Notes: generated from the letters alone by a model not told the origin. DNA of 64,000 nt from Dehalococcoidia bacterium (GCA_040882355.1 JBBEBM010000068.1:241-64240); one strand, 5' to 3'; positions 38,562-49,033 are shown, numbered from the stretch's first letter. A program made the numbers and translations.

Positions 38562-38810
38562 GGTGGTGGCTCCTTAGCGCGGCCATCGGGTTGACGATGC
38601 CACTAGACCGCGAGGGACGGAGTGACCGGCATAAAGAGAGGCCTCGCGCAGTGGCGGCTACGCAAGGCCTGCGTGAAGGGGTCTCCACGCAACGCTCAGG
38701 ATAGGGCTCTGCGGCGCCGCCGTCAATACCCATTTTCGAGGATGGGCGGAGGCGACCGGGTGCGCTGTATCGCCGAGACCCCCTCGTGCTAGACTCGTGC
38801 TCCAACCGCC

Positions 38811-41405
38811 ATGAGCGTCCCGCAAGCCGTCGACCTCCGCTGCGAACATCTGACCAACCCGCTCGGGACCGGCGTCGCCCGGCCGAGGCTCTCGTGGCGG
38901 ACCGCCACAGATCTGGAAGGGTGGACGCAGTCCGCCTACCAGGTCGAGGTGCGCGACGTCGATGCGGGCGAGGTGCTCTGGGACTCGGGCCGCGTCGCCT
39001 CCGCCGAATCGGTGCTCGTGCCGTACGATGGCCCGCCTCTGCGCTCACGCCAGCGGTGCGATTGGCGAGTCCGCGTGTGGGGCAGCGACGGTGTGTCGAG
39101 CGAGTGGAGCGAGACCACCAGCTTCGAGACCGGCCTGCTCGACGCCGGCGACTGGTCGGCGCGGTTCGTGACGCCCGACTGGGACGAAGACACGTCGGTC
39201 TCCCAGCCCTGCCCCTACCTGCGACGCGGGTTCGAGCTTGCCGGCCACGTGACGAAGGCGCGGCTGTACGTGACCGCGCTCGGCGTCTACGAGATCGAGA
39301 TCAACGGCGAGCTTGTTGGCGATCACGTTCTGTCGCCCGGCTGGACGAGCTACGACCGCCGCCTCCGCTACCAGACCTACGACGTGACGGGCCTGCTGCG
39401 ACCCGGGGCGAACGCCATCGGCGCGGTCCTCGGCGACGGCTGGGCGCGCGGCTACCTCGGCTTCCTGGCGAAGCGCAATCGCTACACGGACCGCCTCGCC
39501 CTGCTCGCGCGGCTCGAGATCACCCTGGCCGACGGCTCGACCCAGCGCGTCACCACGGACGAGTCATGGCGAGCGGCGACGGGCCCGATGCTGGCATCCG
39601 ACATCTACAACGGCGAGACGCACGACGCGCGGCGCGACCTCCCCGGCTGGTCACGGCCGGCCCATGACGACAGCGCCTGGCCCGGCGTGCGCATGCTCGA
39701 ACGTGACCTCGGGACGCTCGTGGCCCCGGCCGGCCCGCCGGTGCGCCGCATCGAGGAGCTGCGACCGGTATCGATCGCCGCGTCTCCCTCCGGCAAGACA
39801 ATCGCTGACTTCGGTCAGAACCTGGTCGGGCGGGTGCGCCTGCGCGTCTCTGGGCCGGCGGGGACGACGATCACGCTTCGTCATGCCGAGGTGCTCGACG
39901 ATGGCGAGCTGTTCACGCGCGCGCTGCGCTCCGCGCAGGCCACGGACCGCTACACGCTCAAAGGAGATGGTGTCGAAGAGTACGAGCCGCGCTTCACCTT
40001 CCACGGCTTTCGATACGCGGAGGTGGACGGCTGGCCCGGCGAGCTGAGCGCCGGCGACCTCGCCGCCGTGGTCTGCCACTCCGACATGGCGCGGACAGGA
40101 TGGTTCGAGTGCTCGGACGCCGACGTGAATCGGTTGCACGAGAACATCGTCTGGTCCCTTCGCGACAACTTCCTCGACATTCCGACGGACTGCCCGCAAC
40201 GCTCCGAGCGCCTCGGCTGGACAGGCGACATCCAGGTGTTCGCGCCGACGGCCTGCCTCCTCTACGACGTCGCGGGCTTCCTCTCCTCATGGCTGGCCGA
40301 TCTCGCCGCCGACCAGCTTCCGGACGGAGGCGTGCCCCACGTCGTGCCGGACATCTTGGCGCAGGACTTCCCGCGCGCGTCAGCCGCCGCCGGTTGGGCC
40401 GACGCTGCCGTTGTGGTCCCCTGGGTGCTCTACCGTCACCACGGCGACCGCGGCCTCCTCGAGACCCAGTACCCGAGCATGCGCGCCTGGGTTGAGCACA
40501 TGGGCAGGCGCGCCGGCGACGATCTGATCTGGGACGATGGTCATCAGTTCGGCGACTGGCTCGATCCGGCCGCGCCGCCCGACAAGCCGGGTAACGCCCG
40601 CACCGACCCCTCCCTCGTTGCGACGGCGTACTTCGCCCACTCCACCGAGCTGCACGGGCGCGTGGCGGCCGCGCTCGGCAAGGACGAAGACGCCGCTCGC
40701 TACGCGGATATCGCACGTCGCGTGAAGCAGGCCTTCCGCGAGCGGTACGCGCCGGGCGGCCGGCTCACCTCCGATGCGCAGACGGCCTATGTCCTCGCCC
40801 TCGACTTCGACCTGCTGCTCGACGGGCATCGCGCGGCAGCGGCGGCGCGCCTCGTCGAGCTCATCGCGGCGGAAGGAGGGCATCTGGGCACCGGCTTCCT
40901 CGGCACGCCACGCCTCTGCGATGTGCTGACCGACGCAGGCTACGTCGACGTGGCGTATGCGCTGCTCCTCCAGCGCACCTGCCCATCGTGGCTCTATCCG
41001 GTGACGAAGGGCGCGACGACGATCTGGGAGCGCTGGGACGCGATCCAGCCCGACGGCTCGATCAATCCCGGCGAGATGCTCTCGTTCAACCACTACGCCT
41101 TCGGCGCTATCGGAGCGTGGCTCTACGGCACTGTTGCCGGCGTCCAGGCGGACCCGGACGTCGGCTGGCGCCGGCCGCGCATCCGGCCCCGTCCGGGTGG
41201 TGGGCTTACGCACGCGAAAGCGCGCGTCGTAACTCCGTACGGGCCCGTCGAATCCACCTGGCGCAGCGAAGGCTCGCGCTTCTCGCTCGCCATCGAGGTG
41301 CCGCCGAACACGACCGCGGAGGTCTGGCTGCCTGGTCGAGACGGCGCGCCGCTCGACGTGGGATCAGGACGGCACGAGTGGTCGTACGAGTTACACCGAA
41401 GCTGA
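38811..41405 (+). CDS. Alpha-L-rhamnosidase, GH78
   Basis: LRCEHLTNPLG, DFGQNLVG, FTFHGFRY, PTDCPQRSERLGWTGD, GATTIWERW, SFNHYA. Confidence 0.95.
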   Translation: MSVPQAVDLRCEHLTNPLGTGVARPRLSWRTATDLEGWTQSAYQVEVRDVDAGEVLWDSGRVASAESVLVPYDGPPLRSRQRCDWRVRVWGSDGVSSEWSETTSFETGLLDAGDWSARFVTPDWDEDTSVSQPCPYLRRGFELAGHVTKARLYVTALGVYEIEINGELVGDHVLSPGWTSYDRRLRYQTYDVTGLLRPGANAIGAVLGDGWARGYLGFLAKRNRYTDRLALLARLEITLADGSTQRVTTDESWRAATGPMLASDIYNGETHDARRDLPGWSRPAHDDSAWPGVRMLERDLGTLVAPAGPPVRRIEELRPVSIAASPSGKTIADFGQNLVGRVRLRVSGPAGTTITLRHAEVLDDGELFTRALRSAQATDRYTLKGDGVEEYEPRFTFHGFRYAEVDGWPGELSAGDLAAVVCHSDMARTGWFECSDADVNRLHENIVWSLRDNFLDIPTDCPQRSERLGWTGDIQVFAPTACLLYDVAGFLSSWLADLAADQLPDGGVPHVVPDILAQDFPRASAAAGWADAAVVVPWVLYRHHGDRGLLETQYPSMRAWVEHMGRRAGDDLIWDDGHQFGDWLDPAAPPDKPGNARTDPSLVATAYFAHSTELHGRVAAALGKDEDAARYADIARRVKQAFRERYAPGGRLTSDAQTAYVLALDFDLLLDGHRAAAAARLVELIAAEGGHLGTGFLGTPRLCDVLTDAGYVDVAYALLLQRTCPSWLYPVTKGATTIWERWDAIQPDGSINPGEMLSFNHYAFGAIGAWLYGTVAGVQADPDVGWRRPRIRPRPGGGLTHAKARVVTPYGPVESTWRSEGSRFSLAIEVPPNTTAEVWLPGRDGAPLDVGSGRHEWSYELHRS

Positions 41406-41572
41406 CCGGGCGGATCGTGGGCGGGGCGAAGGCTATCAGTCCAGGTCGGCGCTGAGGAACGGCCGCGTGGTGGCCCTCGGTGATCACCACGGTGGTCGCA
41501 CCGGAGAGGTCGGCGTTGATCGCCGTCACTCCCTCGTTAGCCGTTGAGCGGCTGTCGCCGGCTTGCGATCCG

Positions 41573-43429
41573 CTAGACGGCGGCCGGCTCCACTGTGCCT
41601 GTGCCGAACTGCGCCATGAAGAGGCGATAGTACTTGCCACGCGCCTCCATCAGCGCCTCGTGACTGCCCTGCTCGGCGATCCGGCCGTCCTCCAGGAAGT
41701 AGATCCGGTCGACGTTGCGGATCGTCGAGAGGCGGTGGGCGACGATGAACACCGTGCGCCCCTCCATCAGCTCCGTGAGGCCTTCCAGGAAGTCGGCCTC
41801 GGTTTGCAGGTCCAGCGCGGAGGTCGGCTCATCTAGCAGCAAGATCGGCGCGTCTTTCAGGAAGGCCCGCGCGATGGAGATGCGCTGCTGCTGGCCGACC
41901 GAGAGCTTCACGCCGCGCTCGCCGACCCCGGTTTCGTACTTCGCCGGCAGGTCCTGGATGAAGCCCTCCGCACGCGCCGCCCGGGCCGCGGCTTCGACCT
42001 CCGCCGGCTCCGCGTCGAGGCGGCCGTACAGGATGTTCTCGCGGACCGTGGCGGAGAAGAGGAGCGGCTCCTGCGGCACCATGCTCACCAGATCGCGGAG
42101 GGAAACGAGCTTCAGTTGCCTCACGTCGATGCCGTCGACCTCGACAGCGCCGTCCGAGGCGTCGTAGAGGCGCGGCATGAGATTGAGGATCGTCGTCTTG
42201 CCGGAGCCCGTCTCGCCGACGATCGCCACCTTTTCACCCCGACGTACCTCGAAGTCGATGGAACGCAGGACGGGCCGTTCCGGCTCGTACTGCATCGACA
42301 CCTCGCGGAAGCGCACTGACTGATCGAACGACGGCTTCGCGACAGCGTTCGGGTCCTCGCGGATGTCGGAGACCTGGTCGAGCACCTCGAATGCACGTCC
42401 CACGCCGACCACCGCGTCCTGGAACGGCCCGTACACGAACATGATCTGGTTCATCATCTGGTACAGGCCCTGCATGTACGCGACGAAGACCCAGAGATCG
42501 CCGACGGTCAGTGGCCCTTCGACCACCCGGTACGAGGCGACCAGCAGGACGGCAGCCGTGCCAATGCCCGTGATCGCCACCGTCGCGACGTTGAGCGCCT
42601 GTTCCGCCAGCCGGAAGCGCAACTGCGCGCGAACGAAGCTCAGGCTAGTCCCCTCGAAGCGTTCCTGCTCCTTGCCTTCGCGGCCGAACACCTGCACAGC
42701 CCGGATCGCGCCCATCGTCTGTTCGATCAGTGACGTGAGCCGGCTCATGTGCTCGCGGCTCTCCTGCGACGAGCGCTGGATCCGGCCCGTAAGCAGGTGG
42801 ATGCAGTAGAACAGCGGCGGCAGCACCGCAAGGGACACCAACGTCAGCCACACATCCAGCACCAGCATCAGGGCAACCATCACGATCAGCCGGAAGATCA
42901 GCGTCGCCCAGCTCTGGACGCCGAAGATCATCACTTCCTGGATGCTCCTGGCGTCGTTGATCGCGCGCCAGATGCTGTCGCCGACCGACTGACTGGCGTG
43001 GTAGCGCAGCGACAGCGAGCGCAGATGCCCAACGATGCGCGAGCGCAGCGTGTGGATCATCATCAGCGCCGTCCGAGCGATCGCGTAGAAGCTGGCCGCG
43101 TTGAAGAGCACCCCGCCGACCGTAATCACCAGATAGACGCCTGCGAGGCCCGCCGCCGTCGCCATCTTCTCGGCGTTCGTCTCGGACACGATCTCGCCGA
43201 AGGGGCCAAGGTCCAGCACGTCGCCCGCCAGCACGCCGTCGATGAGGAACTTGATCGGCCAGGGTTGGAGCGTGACCAGCAGCGAGCTCGCCATCGCCAG
43301 CCCTATGCTCAGGCCGATCCCCTGCTTGAACTCCGACATGTAGCGGAGGATGCGCCGGTAGATGTGCGCGACCGGCGCCTGGGCGGCGTCGGGCGGCAGC
43401 GGCGCGGACGGGTCGAACCAGCGGCTCAT
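41573..43429 (-). CDS. ABC exporter, fused TMD + NBD (MsbA-like)
   Basis: TM helices, LQPWPIKFLID, GETGSGKT, LSVGQQQR, LLLDEPTSALD, AHRLST. Confidence 0.93.
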   Translation of the reverse strand: MSRWFDPSAPLPPDAAQAPVAHIYRRILRYMSEFKQGIGLSIGLAMASSLLVTLQPWPIKFLIDGVLAGDVLDLGPFGEIVSETNAEKMATAAGLAGVYLVITVGGVLFNAASFYAIARTALMMIHTLRSRIVGHLRSLSLRYHASQSVGDSIWRAINDARSIQEVMIFGVQSWATLIFRLIVMVALMLVLDVWLTLVSLAVLPPLFYCIHLLTGRIQRSSQESREHMSRLTSLIEQTMGAIRAVQVFGREGKEQERFEGTSLSFVRAQLRFRLAEQALNVATVAITGIGTAAVLLVASYRVVEGPLTVGDLWVFVAYMQGLYQMMNQIMFVYGPFQDAVVGVGRAFEVLDQVSDIREDPNAVAKPSFDQSVRFREVSMQYEPERPVLRSIDFEVRRGEKVAIVGETGSGKTTILNLMPRLYDASDGAVEVDGIDVRQLKLVSLRDLVSMVPQEPLLFSATVRENILYGRLDAEPAEVEAAARAARAEGFIQDLPAKYETGVGERGVKLSVGQQQRISIARAFLKDAPILLLDEPTSALDLQTEADFLEGLTELMEGRTVFIVAHRLSTIRNVDRIYFLEDGRIAEQGSHEALMEARGKYYRLFMAQFGTGTVEPAAV

Positions 43430-43433
43430 GTCG

Positions 43434-44714
43434 CTACCAGTAGGCCAGGTCCGTGTACGGGCGCTTCACCTTGACCTCGACGTCCAGCCCGGCTTCGTGG
43501 AAGCCGTCGACGCTCATCGTGCGGGTCTCCAGCGCCGGCTCGTGCGACTGCATCCGTTCGACGAGCGCGGGGAGTTGCTCGATGGGCGCCAGCAGCTCGT
43601 GCCGCCCGATCTCCTGCGTGACACCGATGAGATAGCTCAGCAAGCGCGCCATCGCGTCCTCTCGGCCCTCCGCGTAGCCGAAGTCCATCAGCGCGGTCGG
43701 CTCGACGCTGGTGACTTCGCCTGTCGTCGCGTGCCGCCAGACCTCGCGGACGTGGCGGCCGCGGTCCCAGAGCCCTGCGCACGCGACGATGCGGCCCGCC
43801 TCTTCGAGCACGTAGTAGTCGTCCCAGTTGTACACCGGCACAATGAAATGCGGCTTGGGCCCCCAGCCCTGGTCGCACAGCCGGTCGTTGAGGAAGTCCG
43901 CGCTGTACGGGCGGAAGAAGTCGAGCCCCCTGTGGGTCCGGTTGATCAACGCGACGCAGCGCCGCGCGTCGGACCGGCGCCCCTTGCGGACGCCCGCCCG
44001 GTCGCCGCGGAACGGTCGCGCGCGGAAGTGGTGGACCGACACGAGCAGACCGGGCAGGTCCTGGCCGTCCGGAGCGGCGGCCTCGGCGATCTCGGGCCTC
44101 AACGCCTTGATCCAGTTCGCCGCGTCGAAGTTGCCCGCGCGGACGTAGAAGTAGTTGATCAGGCCGAACCACGCGCATGCCGGTCCGCCCAGGACGCGCA
44201 TCAAGCCGGTCATGCCCTGGCCGCGGCACTCCTTCCGGACGCGCCAGGCCGTCGAGATGTGCGCCGTCAGCCGCTGCCCATCGACGATCGTGTTGCGCGA
44301 CGAGTGCGCCGCCGCGGCGAGCACGACGCCCCGTTCCTCGAGAATCTGGACGTTGGCGTGCTCCTGGAGGCGGAACTGCGCGTAGGGGTACGGGCTGCGC
44401 TCCACGGTCACTTCCCAATCGCCTATCTCCTCCGGCGCGTTCGCGTACATGTCGGCGACGGCCTCGTCGTCCGACCACGTCGCCTCGCGGGCGCGGATCA
44501 TGCCGAACTGCAGCCGTTCCTTGTTATCCAGATGTTTCGCGATCCGTTCCGCCGGCGTGCTGAATTCGAGCCAGTACTCAATGTCGTAATGGGGGACGCG
44601 CAGCTTGACGGCGCGCTCCAGGAGGCCCACCGGCCAGCCCTGCTCGCTGGCTTTTCGGTCGTACTCCGCCGGCACCTCGATGGCCCGGTCGAAGATGGAT
44701 GGCTCTACGGTCAT
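43434..44714 (-). CDS. Tandem GNAT-fold putative acyltransferase
   Basis: REAT..D, ERSP, RVRKECRGQG (acyl-CoA binding motif A); second lobe with GRIVACAGLWD. RBS GAGGG. Confidence 0.65.
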   Translation of the reverse strand: MTVEPSIFDRAIEVPAEYDRKASEQGWPVGLLERAVKLRVPHYDIEYWLEFSTPAERIAKHLDNKERLQFGMIRAREATWSDDEAVADMYANAPEEIGDWEVTVERSPYPYAQFRLQEHANVQILEERGVVLAAAAHSSRNTIVDGQRLTAHISTAWRVRKECRGQGMTGLMRVLGGPACAWFGLINYFYVRAGNFDAANWIKALRPEIAEAAAPDGQDLPGLLVSVHHFRARPFRGDRAGVRKGRRSDARRCVALINRTHRGLDFFRPYSADFLNDRLCDQGWGPKPHFIVPVYNWDDYYVLEEAGRIVACAGLWDRGRHVREVWRHATTGEVTSVEPTALMDFGYAEGREDAMARLLSYLIGVTQEIGRHELLAPIEQLPALVERMQSHEPALETRTMSVDGFHEAGLDVEVKVKRPYTDLAYW

Positions 44715-44756
44715 CGTTCGTTCCCTCAACACTCATGCCAGCTTACGCCGGCTTCG

Positions 44757-44772
44757 TGACAACTGTCTGTCA
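44757..44772. promoter_or_regulatory. Palindromic operator candidate upstream of the GNAT gene
   Basis: TGACA-ACTGTC-TGTCA. Confidence 0.4.
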
Positions 44773-44791
44773 GTAGATCGGGCGCCCTTAC

Positions 44792-44825
44792 CAAAGAAAC
44801 AGCCCGCTTCTTGTGGAAGCGGGCT
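44792..44825 (-). terminator. Rho-independent terminator
   Basis: On the - strand: AGCCCGCTTC-CACAA-GAAGCGGGCT (10-bp stem) followed by GTTTCTTT. Confidence 0.75.
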
Positions 44826-44852
44826 CGCTCGAAGTCTTGCGTTCGTGCGATG

Positions 44853-44948
44853 TCAGGCGGGCCCGCTCGTGTTTGAGAAATGCGGCTGGAGGACGCACTC
44901 CCCCCTCGGGGTAGTGGTGCCGTGATTGGTGCCAAGAATCATTGCCAT
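44853..44948 (-). CDS. 31-aa small peptide MAMILGTNHGTTTPRGECVLQPHFSNTSGPA (not in the ORF track)
   Basis: GGAGGAGAGGAGG RBS, upstream sigma70-like promoter and downstream terminator. Confidence 0.55.
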   Translation of the reverse strand: MAMILGTNHGTTTPRGECVLQPHFSNTSGPA

Positions 44949-44973
44949 AGCCTCCTCTCCTCCAGTGGCCACT

Positions 44974-45003
44974 ATCGTACTGCTACTGGCCGTCACGAGT
45001 CAA
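44974..45003 (-). promoter_or_regulatory. Sigma70-like promoter of the small-peptide gene
   Basis: TTGACT (45003-44998)-N18-TACGAT (44979-44974). Confidence 0.6.
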
Positions 45004-45025
45004 GAGCGAAACGAGCCGTCCGATG

Positions 45026-46378
45026 TCAGGTTGCGACGCAGACGTTGGAGACGATGCGGGAGAGCACCCGCAGGCCGCGTTCCAGGTTCTCGACCGAGAC
45101 CCGCTCGTCGACGCCGTGGATCGTCTCCAGCTCCTTGTCGTCCAGCTCGAACGGTATGTGGCCATAGCAGACGATGCCCTTGGGACGGAAGTGCTTGCAG
45201 TCGGTGCCGCCCGGGGTCAGATAGGGCACGATCAGCGCCTCTGGCCGTTCGGCCAGGACGGCGTCGCGGATCGCGACCATCAGCTCGGTCTCCGACGACG
45301 ATTCCGTACCGGTGCTCGACTTCACAAGCTCGAGCGCCACCTCACTGTCGTCGATCACGTCCGCGACTTCGGCGAGGAGCGCGTCGCTGGTCACGCCGGG
45401 TACGGTTCGGCAGTCGACAAACGCCTCGCAGACAGGCGGAATCACGTTCTGGCCCAGGCCGGCGTTGACAATCGTGGGCGAGAAGGTGTTTCGCAGCATG
45501 TGCTGGATGCGGCTTCCGCCGCTCAGCGCCGCGATGAGCGCCTCCATCTCGTCATCGCTCAGATCGGCGACGGTGCGCCCATCCGCGATCCTCAATGCGG
45601 CTGGCGGGAAGGCCGAGAGGTAGCGTCGCGCCAGATCTCGCGCCGCCGGCGGCGACCGGTAGTCGCCGAGGCGCGCCAGCGCCCGCCCGATGCGCACGAC
45701 GGCGTTGTCTTCGCGCGGCGACGACGCGTGGCCCGGCTTGCCTCGCGCTGTGAGTTTGACGGTGCTCACACCCTTTTCCGCCACCTGGACGGTGTAGTAG
45801 GTGGCGCGAGGGCCGGCGCGCGCGAAGGCGCCCTCCGTGAGCAGGAACTCGCCGCCCGCCGCCTCGACATGATTCGCCGCGAGCCATTTCGCGCCGTCGA
45901 TCCCGCCGACCTCTTCGTCAGCGGTGGCCAGCAGTCGGATCGGACGCCGTAGCGGCACGCCCAGCCGCTTGAGCGCGAAGACGCAGACCAGGGTGATTAC
46001 GCCGAAGCCCTTCATGTCCAGGGCGCCGCGTCCCCAAATGAAGCCGTCGTGGAGCGCGCCGCTGAACGGATCGACCGACCAGTCCGTGCGGACCGCCGGG
46101 ACGACGTCCATGTGGTGCGCCAGAACGAGCGGCTGCGCGGCTGCGACGTCGCCAAGCGTGGCGATGACGTTCGGCTTCTCTGCCGATGGGCCCAGCCGGA
46201 GCGGGTCGAAGCCTTCGCTGCGGAGGAGCGCCTCGACCCAATCCGCGGCCTTCGAGACGTCTCCGGGCGGGTTGGTGGTGTCGATCGTGATGTACTCGCG
46301 CAGGAGCGTGACCGCTTCCGTCACCAGGCCGGGGGCGTTGATTTCGGTCTCCGCGCTGCGGGCAGCTTCGCTCGGCAT
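45026..46378 (-). CDS. M20/M25/M40 metallopeptidase (ArgE/DapE-like)
   Basis: IDTTNPPG, HHMDVVP, WGRGALDMKG, ADEEVGG, GGTD, IHGVDER. TGGTATGCT extended -10 upstream. Confidence 0.92.
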   Translation of the reverse strand: MPSEAARSAETEINAPGLVTEAVTLLREYITIDTTNPPGDVSKAADWVEALLRSEGFDPLRLGPSAEKPNVIATLGDVAAAQPLVLAHHMDVVPAVRTDWSVDPFSGALHDGFIWGRGALDMKGFGVITLVCVFALKRLGVPLRRPIRLLATADEEVGGIDGAKWLAANHVEAAGGEFLLTEGAFARAGPRATYYTVQVAEKGVSTVKLTARGKPGHASSPREDNAVVRIGRALARLGDYRSPPAARDLARRYLSAFPPAALRIADGRTVADLSDDEMEALIAALSGGSRIQHMLRNTFSPTIVNAGLGQNVIPPVCEAFVDCRTVPGVTSDALLAEVADVIDDSEVALELVKSSTGTESSSETELMVAIRDAVLAERPEALIVPYLTPGGTDCKHFRPKGIVCYGHIPFELDDKELETIHGVDERVSVENLERGLRVLSRIVSNVCVAT

Positions 46379-46652
46379 CGTGGCACCAAGCATACCACGG
46401 CGAGAGCGCCTGTTTGCTGGCTGCTTTGCCGGAGCAACCAAGACTGCGGTGAGACATCCGCCACTCGTGAGACGCCAACTCTTCCCTTTGGACAATTGGC
46501 CTCAGCGCGGCTGGCTCCGATTACGTTAGAGGAGACTGGATACATCTCTGCAAGCGCGGCCGGTCACGCGGTCTTTGCCGAGTACCTCCTACCTCGCGCT
46601 TCGGGAAGTCGCCGGGCGTGAAGCGCGCTGAGCAGCCTCGTGAGGTGAACGC

Positions 46653-47102
46653 ATGACGATGGACACACGTACAGCACCCATTGAGATACTGCTGGTGGAA
46701 GACAATCCGGGTGACGTGCGGCTGACACGGGAGGCGCTCACGCAGGGCAAGGTCTGGCACAACCTGCACGTCGCCGCTAGCGGCGCCCACGCCTTCTCGT
46801 ATCTTCTTCGGGAGGGTGCCCACCAGGACGCGCCACGACCGGACCTGATCCTGCTTGACCTTGACCTGCCCGGGATCGACGGCCGGGCGGTGCTGGAGCA
46901 CGTCAAGGCAGATGACGAGCTCAGCCGCATCCCGGTGGTCGTCCTGACCGCATCGAAGGCACAGCAGGACGTCCAGGAGACATACAAGCTCCACGCCAAC
47001 TGCTACGTGACGAAGCCCGTGGACTTCGACCAGTTCATCGGCGTGGTGAAGGCGGTAGAGCATTTCTGGCTCTGTATCGTGAAGCTGCCGCCCAAGATCT
47101 GA
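46653..47102 (+). CDS. Single-domain response regulator (Rcp1-like)
   Basis: ILLVEDNPGD, PDLILLDLDLPGIDG, VLTAS, HANCYVTKP. Confidence 0.93.
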   Translation: MTMDTRTAPIEILLVEDNPGDVRLTREALTQGKVWHNLHVAASGAHAFSYLLREGAHQDAPRPDLILLDLDLPGIDGRAVLEHVKADDELSRIPVVVLTASKAQQDVQETYKLHANCYVTKPVDFDQFIGVVKAVEHFWLCIVKLPPKI

Positions 47103-47372
47103 CGATCTAGGCGACTCGCGCGTCGGCGGTCCTCCTAAACGATGGCGCGCGGCACGCTAACCTGATGCGGTCGTCGGCGACCCAGCGCCCGGCGCGCCCG
47201 CGTCTCACCGGTCCAAGCTAGACCCTGACAGCGCTGTTGGCTAGAATTCGGCTCTACCGTCCCGGCGAGCGCGTATCGATCATCGATTCGCAGGGAGGGC
47301 TCGACCGTCGGGGCGTCCATGACGCATAGCCGTCGGCTGCCCATCCCTGTTCACCTCTGGAGGTGTCCACAC

Positions 47373-49033
47373 GTGAGCGAGCAGCCAGGCCAGCTTCCCG
47401 TCCCCCCTGAATTCGCGTTCGACTGGGATTCGCCGGATGAGGCGCTGCGCCTGTGGGCGGCAGACCTGATGCACTGGCCGAACGGCATCTCTCAGCTCGC
47501 AGCCACGATGGACATGCCGGCGTTCGGGCGGGGTATGACGAAGGCCGCCCAGGAGCTCTGCATGCCCTTCGAGCGCGTCCACTTCAAGTACATCCGCGGC
47601 TACGTCTACACGAGCTTCGACCCTTCTCCACGGACCCGGCCCGGATGCAGCAGCGGCTCGAACAGATGCAGGGCAAGATGATGCAGCACGTGCCGGGCCT
47701 GCTCGACCGCTGGCGCGCAGCCTACGAGCCGGAGGTGCGTTCGATCAACGAGGATACGCTCAACGGCGACTATGCCAAGTTGGGCGACGCGGACCTGAGC
47801 GACTTGCTCCAGACGCTCGTCGATAAGCGCGAGCGGGAGGGCGAGCTCCACTTCCTGGCGGTCTTTCCGGCGGGCGGCGCCGTGGCCTTCTTTGAGGAGG
47901 TCTACACGCAGCTCGTCGGCCCGCCCAAGGCCGCCGAGCACCTGCAACTGCTGCAGGGGTTTCCCAACAAGAGCGTCGAGACCGACACGGGCCTCTGGCG
48001 CCTGGCGGTCGAAGCGCGGAAGCGCCCGGCGGTCATGCGCGTCCTGGAGCAGGCTGAGCCGTCGACGGTCCATGCCACGCTCGCCAAGAGCGACGAGGCA
48101 CGCGCCTTCCATGACGCGGTCGAGGAGTTCCTTGGCGTCTACGGCTGGCGCAGCAACGAGCTGGACGTTGGCGAGCCCACCTGGAAAGAGGACCCGACGA
48201 CCGTCTACCAACTGATCAGGCAGTACGCCTCGCGGCCCGAATACGACGCCGAAGCCGAGATGACCTCGCTGGCGGCGGCTCGCCAGGCGCGCGAGCGCCT
48301 CGTGCTGGAGCGCATCCCGAGCGAGCAGGCAGGGCTCTTTCAGATGGCGCTTACGGGCGCCCAGCAGTACCTGCCGATCCAGGAGGACCACAACTTCTGG
48401 ATCGACCAGCAGGGCGTCGCCGTCGAGCGCGTGCCGGCCCTCGAGGCCGGCCGCCGGCTCGTCGCTGCGGGGCGGATCGGCGGCGCAGCCGACGTCTTCT
48501 CCCTCGCATACGAAGAGCTGCAGGACGCGCTCCGAGGTGGCAGCGGCGATCTCAGGGAGCTGGTCGCGCGGCGCCGCCGCGGGCGACAGGAGAACCGCGC
48601 GATGACGCCGCCGCCTGCCGTCGGCACGCCGCCGCTGGAAGACCCGCTCGCGGACAATCCAATGCTGACCAAGTTCTTCGGGGCGCCGTTGGAGCAGGGC
48701 CCCGACCCGCGGGTGATCAGGGGGAACGCTGCCTCGTCGGGCCAGACGACGGGCACCGCTTGCGTGATCGCATCGATCGACGACAGCGGCCGCCTCCAGC
48801 CGGGCGAGATCCTGGTCTGCCCTGCCACCAACCCGCCCTGGACGCTGCTCTTCGGCATCGCTGCAGCCATCGTCACCGATCACGGCGGCGTGCTTTCGCA
48901 CACGGCGATCGTCGCCCGTGAATACGGCATCCCGGCGGTCGTCGGCACCAAGGTGGCGACGACGCTCATCAAGGACGGTCAGACGATTACGGTCGATGGT
49001 GACGAGGGCGTGGTCAAGCTGGAGGGCGAGTGA
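47373..49033 (+). pseudogene. PEP-utilising enzyme (RPH/PpsA-like substrate + His swivel domain), split by a 1-nt frameshift near 47621
   Basis: GGAGG RBS + GTG 47373. Frame A reads ..YVYTSFDP; frame B continues PFSTDPARM.. to GGVLSHTAIVAREYGIPAVVG. Confidence 0.8.

Noticed and set aside
41430-41530. Possible truncated gene (VTAINADLSGATTVVITEGHH..) after the ABC exporter
   Set aside because: Short, no recognisable family, poor RBS spacing; cannot be supported.
44853-44948. Lasso peptide or lanthipeptide precursor
   Set aside because: No lasso cyclase/B protein or Lan enzymes nearby and no clear class motif; kept only as an unclassified small peptide.
47250-47360. Riboswitch in the PEP-utiliser leader
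   Set aside because: A long GC-rich hairpin is possible, but no known aptamer consensus was recognised.
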